NCBI GenBank assembly: GCA_963765145.1
Contig: CAVXVG010000008.1
Span: forward strand, 1 to 10,059
From: Parachlamydiales bacterium
GTDB lineage: Bacteria > Chlamydiota > Chlamydiia > Chlamydiales > JAJFMK01
Direction of reading: 5' to 3'
Length of the DNA stretch: 10,059 nucleotides
The notes under the pieces were generated by a model that was given only the letters and a program-made list of their open reading frames with translations, was not told where the DNA came from and ran no database searches. Below are positions 7,255 to 10,059 of this stretch, in pieces. Each line of letters begins with the position of its first letter. The stretch's first letter is position 1. A program made the translations under genes and the position numbers.

Positions 7255-7499
7255 GTGCTAAACTCCTGTTTAGCTTTGACTTATCAGTGAAAGTGAAAGC
7301 TAAACAGGAGTTTAGCACTCCAAACGCGCTGCGGAGTGAAGGTAATTTTTACCTTAATTTTTTGAGAGCGAAATCACCTTAAATCAACCCCCTAGGCCCG
7401 ACCCCTTTTACTAGCTATCTTTGGGTGTTTCATTATATCCCTTAAAAAGGACAGGCATGGATCGATCAAGGAGCTGAAGTAGCAATCGCAGAAATGGAA

Positions 7500-7880
7500 G
7501 ATGCCAAAGCACTGAAGGAGGCTCGCCCATCCCGAGTGCTCTGCCTTTCAACCATTGGTGCAGACGCCCACGAGAACAACCTCCTCACTCAGCGCACGAT
7601 GCTGGAGGAAGCACTCTCAACATTGTCGATTCCGCTCACCTTCCTGCGTCCTGGATGGTTTCTCGAGAATTCACTCTGGGGATGTAGCTTCGGCTCGCGA
7701 TGAAGGCGTGATCCGTAGTTTTCTCATGCCTGCAGATAAGCCGTTCGCCATGGTCGCTACCGAAGATATCGGCCGCATTGCCGCATCCAGCAGGACTGGA
7801 CAGGTAAACGGGTTGTAGAGCCGGAAGAGCCAGTAAGAGTTTCCTCCAACGATTTAGCTAAAGCTTTTGCCAGCCTTGGG
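7500..7880 (+). pseudogene. NmrA-family / atypical SDR NAD(P)-binding protein, internal fragment
   Basis: Three frames give RVLCLSTIGA..LEEALSTLSIPLTFLRPGWFLENSLW / DVASARDEGVIRSFLMPADKPFAMVATEDIGRIAA / QQDWTGKRVVEPEEPVRVSSNDLAKAFA. Frameshifts at about 7680 (G run) and about 7788. The N-terminal Rossmann motif and the C-terminus are missing. Confidence 0.85.
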
Positions 7881-7935
7881 AAGATTTTTTTCAGAAGAGG
7901 TGATTCTGCCAAATGTAAGTTCCTAAGAGGGACTT

Positions 7936-7961
7936 AAAGGTGAACCGGATAAATTCACCTT
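7936..7961 (-). terminator. Hairpin directly after the corrected stop of the 7960-9185 gene
   Basis: aaggtgaa (7937-7944) pairs with ttcacctt (7954-7961); weak U-tract. Confidence 0.45.
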
Positions 7962-9185
7962 AACGTTGAAACTGTGAGTTCCAAGCTTCGATACATCCAT
8001 TTATAAAAACATAGTTTGGGTCGTAACTGTATGCTAACGCTGCAGGATCTACTTTTAATTCAAGGAGCTTTTGAAGCCAAAACTCCCTTTGAGTTCCAGC
8101 TTCGTTTTGCCTTCTTCTGACGCAACAGAACCATAAGCTTTGGAAATTTTAAGATAAGCAAAAAGGCAAATAGCAATTCGGTAAGCTGTAGGAAGTTCGC
8201 CTGCAGTTGCGACTCCATAAACAGATTGCGCGCGTTCATGATAACCTACTGTATGTTGTTTGCGCTCTTTCATCTCAGAAATAAAAGTATTTAAGAGGTC
8301 GCCTGCATAAACTGAGTTGCTGAAATCCACATCTTCACTTGCTGTCAACGATCTTCTTTCGAGAATTTCGCATTGGTAGGGTGATCTTTGAATGCGTTTA
8401 GCTTCTGCATGAAGTTTTTCACTAGTGAGAGCAAGATATTCAAAATATTCATTTTGGCTCATGTCCAAAGAGATCGTCTGCTGATCGTAGTTGATCTGAA
8501 AAGGCTTTTTATTTTCTTGCATCCCTAATGCAAGGCGGTAGATGGATGCTCTATTGACAACCAATGACTGTCCGTTATTAAACCTGAGGATGTATTCATC
8601 GATATAATCTCTTGGACGATATTTGCTAGCCATAGGGCTCTCAATAGCTTGTTCTAGTGCTTTTAGATCACTTGCGTTTAATTCTAATAGAGAATCTTTA
8701 AACAATATGTAAGTTGAGTCAGAAATTTTGTTAGAGAGTTCTTGTAATTTACTGATGAACTTTTTTTGCCAGTTTTCCTTTGAGTTTAACAAAATAATTG
8801 GTTTCTCTACTTTAACGTCTAGTTGTTCGTTATTTTTCGTCAGAACAATTGCTTTCTCTTCTTCAAGTTCTCTGCTAACAAAATCAATGATCTTTTTAGC
8901 CTCATCGTCAAATGCAACTTCGTTATCTTTAAGCAAGGTAGGGGTATCTCCCACTAATTCAGCGACTTTAAAGGGGGGAAACCATTCGATCATTTGTTCA
9001 ATTTTGGCAGTAACAGGTTGAAGCGGTTGTTCTACTGGAGAAAGGGGTTGGAAAGCTTGCGGTTCATGAGCTTTACTAGTTGAAGCCTCACAAGCTTTGC
9101 TTAAGGCTTCATAAGCTTTAATAGTTGAGGATGTAGTGAAATTAAATGATTCATTGTTGTAAGAGGGGAAGTATAAAAAAGACAT
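7960..9185 (-). CDS. Hypothetical protein, about 408 aa; paralogue 1 of a tandem pair; one base missing at about 8093
   Basis: ORF 8055-9185. Shifting frame after GKTKLE gives QREFWLQKLLELKVDPAALAYSYDPNYVFINGCIEAWNSQFQR*, which matches the C-terminus of the neighbouring paralogue (QRKFWMQGL..FIDGCIERWKAQF). Confidence 0.85.
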
Positions 9186-9274
9186 AAAACCTACAATCTT
9201 GATTTGAAATAATTAGTATGCAATTTTTTGTTGTTTAATTTCAAGTGGGAAGGGAATTAGCTATTATTCGGAAT

Positions 9275-9302
9275 AAAAATAGGCCCATAAGGGCCTATTT
9301 TT
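9275..9302. terminator. Intrinsic terminator, potentially bidirectional
   Basis: AAAAATAGGCCC-ATAA-GGGCCTATTTTT: perfect 12-bp arms with A/T tracts, located between the two paralogues. Confidence 0.85.
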
Positions 9303-9442
9303 GCCCTGCATTAAGCACGTCTTTGGGGTGTAAACCTTGTAGTAATCGACAGCAAAATCCCTAAAAGAAGTGTAAAAAACTGAGGCCTACGACAGTTTCC
9401 TTAATTTAAAAAATAAAATTATGACTTATTGTCCTAATATTA

Positions 9443-10059
9443 CTAGAACTGTGCTTTCCAACGTTCGATACATCCGTCTATAAAGCTATAGTCTGGGTTG
9501 GAAGTTGGGTCATAATTGTTTGTTAAGGTTTCGGTATTTACCTTCAAAGCAGTGAGTCCTTGCATCCAAAATTTCCTTTGTCCCTCTAGCCTCATTTTTC
9601 CTTCGTCTTCCGCCGCAGAATCGTAAGCTTTGGAAATTCTAAGGTAGACAAAGAGACAAATAGCAATTCGGTAAGCTGTAGGGAGTTCGGCTGCACTGGC
9701 GGCCCCATAAACAAATTGCGCGCGTTCATGATAATCTCGTATTTGATCTCTGCGTTCATTCATCTCGTAGTTAAAAGTCTCTAAGAGGTCGTATGCATTA
9801 ATTGATGTGCTGAAGTTCTGATCTTCCTCTTTTGACAATTCTCTTTTTTCGAGAACTCTGCCCTTAGCCGGTAGTTTCGCTAGGCGTGCAGCTTCAGCTT
9901 CAGCGTCTAACTTAAGTTTTTTCGCCAGTTGCATTTGTTCAAACTGTTCTTTTCTGCTCTTGGCCAGCTCTCTGATATCCATTGAAGGAAAGGCGGTTTG
10001 GGGCGGTGCCGGTGGATGCTGCTGCGGAGGGGTCGTAGGTTCAGGGATTGGTAGAGGGG
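9443..10059 (-). CDS. Hypothetical protein; paralogue 2; 5' end outside the window; Pro-rich linker
   Basis: The frame stays open upstream of ATG 9982 to the window edge (PLPIPEPTTPPQQHPPAPPQTAFPS-MDIREL..). Shares YHERAQ.VYG.A.A.ELPTAYRIAICLF.YL.ISKAY with paralogue 1. Confidence 0.85.
   Translation of the reverse strand, partial: PLPIPEPTTPPQQHPPAPPQTAFPSMDIRELAKSRKEQFEQMQLAKKLKLDAEAEAARLAKLPAKGRVLEKRELSKEEDQNFSTSINAYDLLETFNYEMNERRDQIRDYHERAQFVYGAASAAELPTAYRIAICLFVYLRISKAYDSAAEDEGKMRLEGQRKFWMQGLTALKVNTETLTNNYDPTSNPDYSFIDGCIERWKAQF

Larger units (their letters stand above)
6984..7327. repeat. 32-bp perfect palindrome interrupted by the inner MITE
   Basis: Left arm 6984-7001 plus 7264-7277 (gcgtttggagtgctaaac+tcctgtttagcttt) is the exact reverse complement of 7296-7327. 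Confidence 0.85.
6918..7391. mobile_element. Outer MITE-like element with 14-bp TIRs and a probable CTAG target duplication
   Basis: GGGGTTGATTTAAG (6918-6931) and CTTAAATCAACCCC (7378-7391), flanked by CTAG at 6914-6917 and 7392-7395. The perfect inverted repeat extends to 21 bp (6911-6931/7378-7398). No transposase inside. Confidence 0.7.

Noticed and set aside
6938..7318. ORFs 6938-7120, 7027-7239 and 7055-7318
   Set aside because: Chance frames inside nested palindromic elements; no transposase motifs.
1407..9021. Antisense ORFs 1407-1688, 2477-2683, 6629-6832 and 8728-9021, and ORF 5404-5616
   Set aside because: Shadows of well-supported genes or of repeat and pseudogene sequence; no recognisable protein features.
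1..10059. CRISPR array, integrase or autonomous transposase
   Set aside because: No regularly spaced repeat-spacer units and no recombinase or transposase ORF in the window.

Overview
AT-rich bacterial accessory region. The effector-like genes and the C-terminal FN3-like domain suggest an environmental Chlamydiota (PVC) host, but that is inference. From left to right it holds: (1) the 3' end of a PKD/FN3-like surface protein gene; (2) a REP-like palindromic repeat; (3) a five-gene arsenic-associated operon: arsR, a secreted protein with a Cys-rich tail, a MacB/FtsX-type (type VII) ABC permease with periplasmic cysteines, an ABC ATPase and acr3, with no arsC; (4) the 3' half of a tRNA, probably an island att site; (5) a possible small lipoprotein relic and a hexokinase gene fragment; (6) an atypical Ser/Thr-kinase-like protein with a basic, NLS-like C-terminus; (7) a nest of MITEs and palindromes; (8) an NmrA-family pseudogene fragment; (9) two minus-strand tandem paralogues that share an unknown C-terminal domain. 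Single-base frameshifts occur in several otherwise intact genes and may be sequencing errors. The best candidate for an undescribed system is the Cys-rich secreted protein plus type VII ABC module placed between arsR and acr3.
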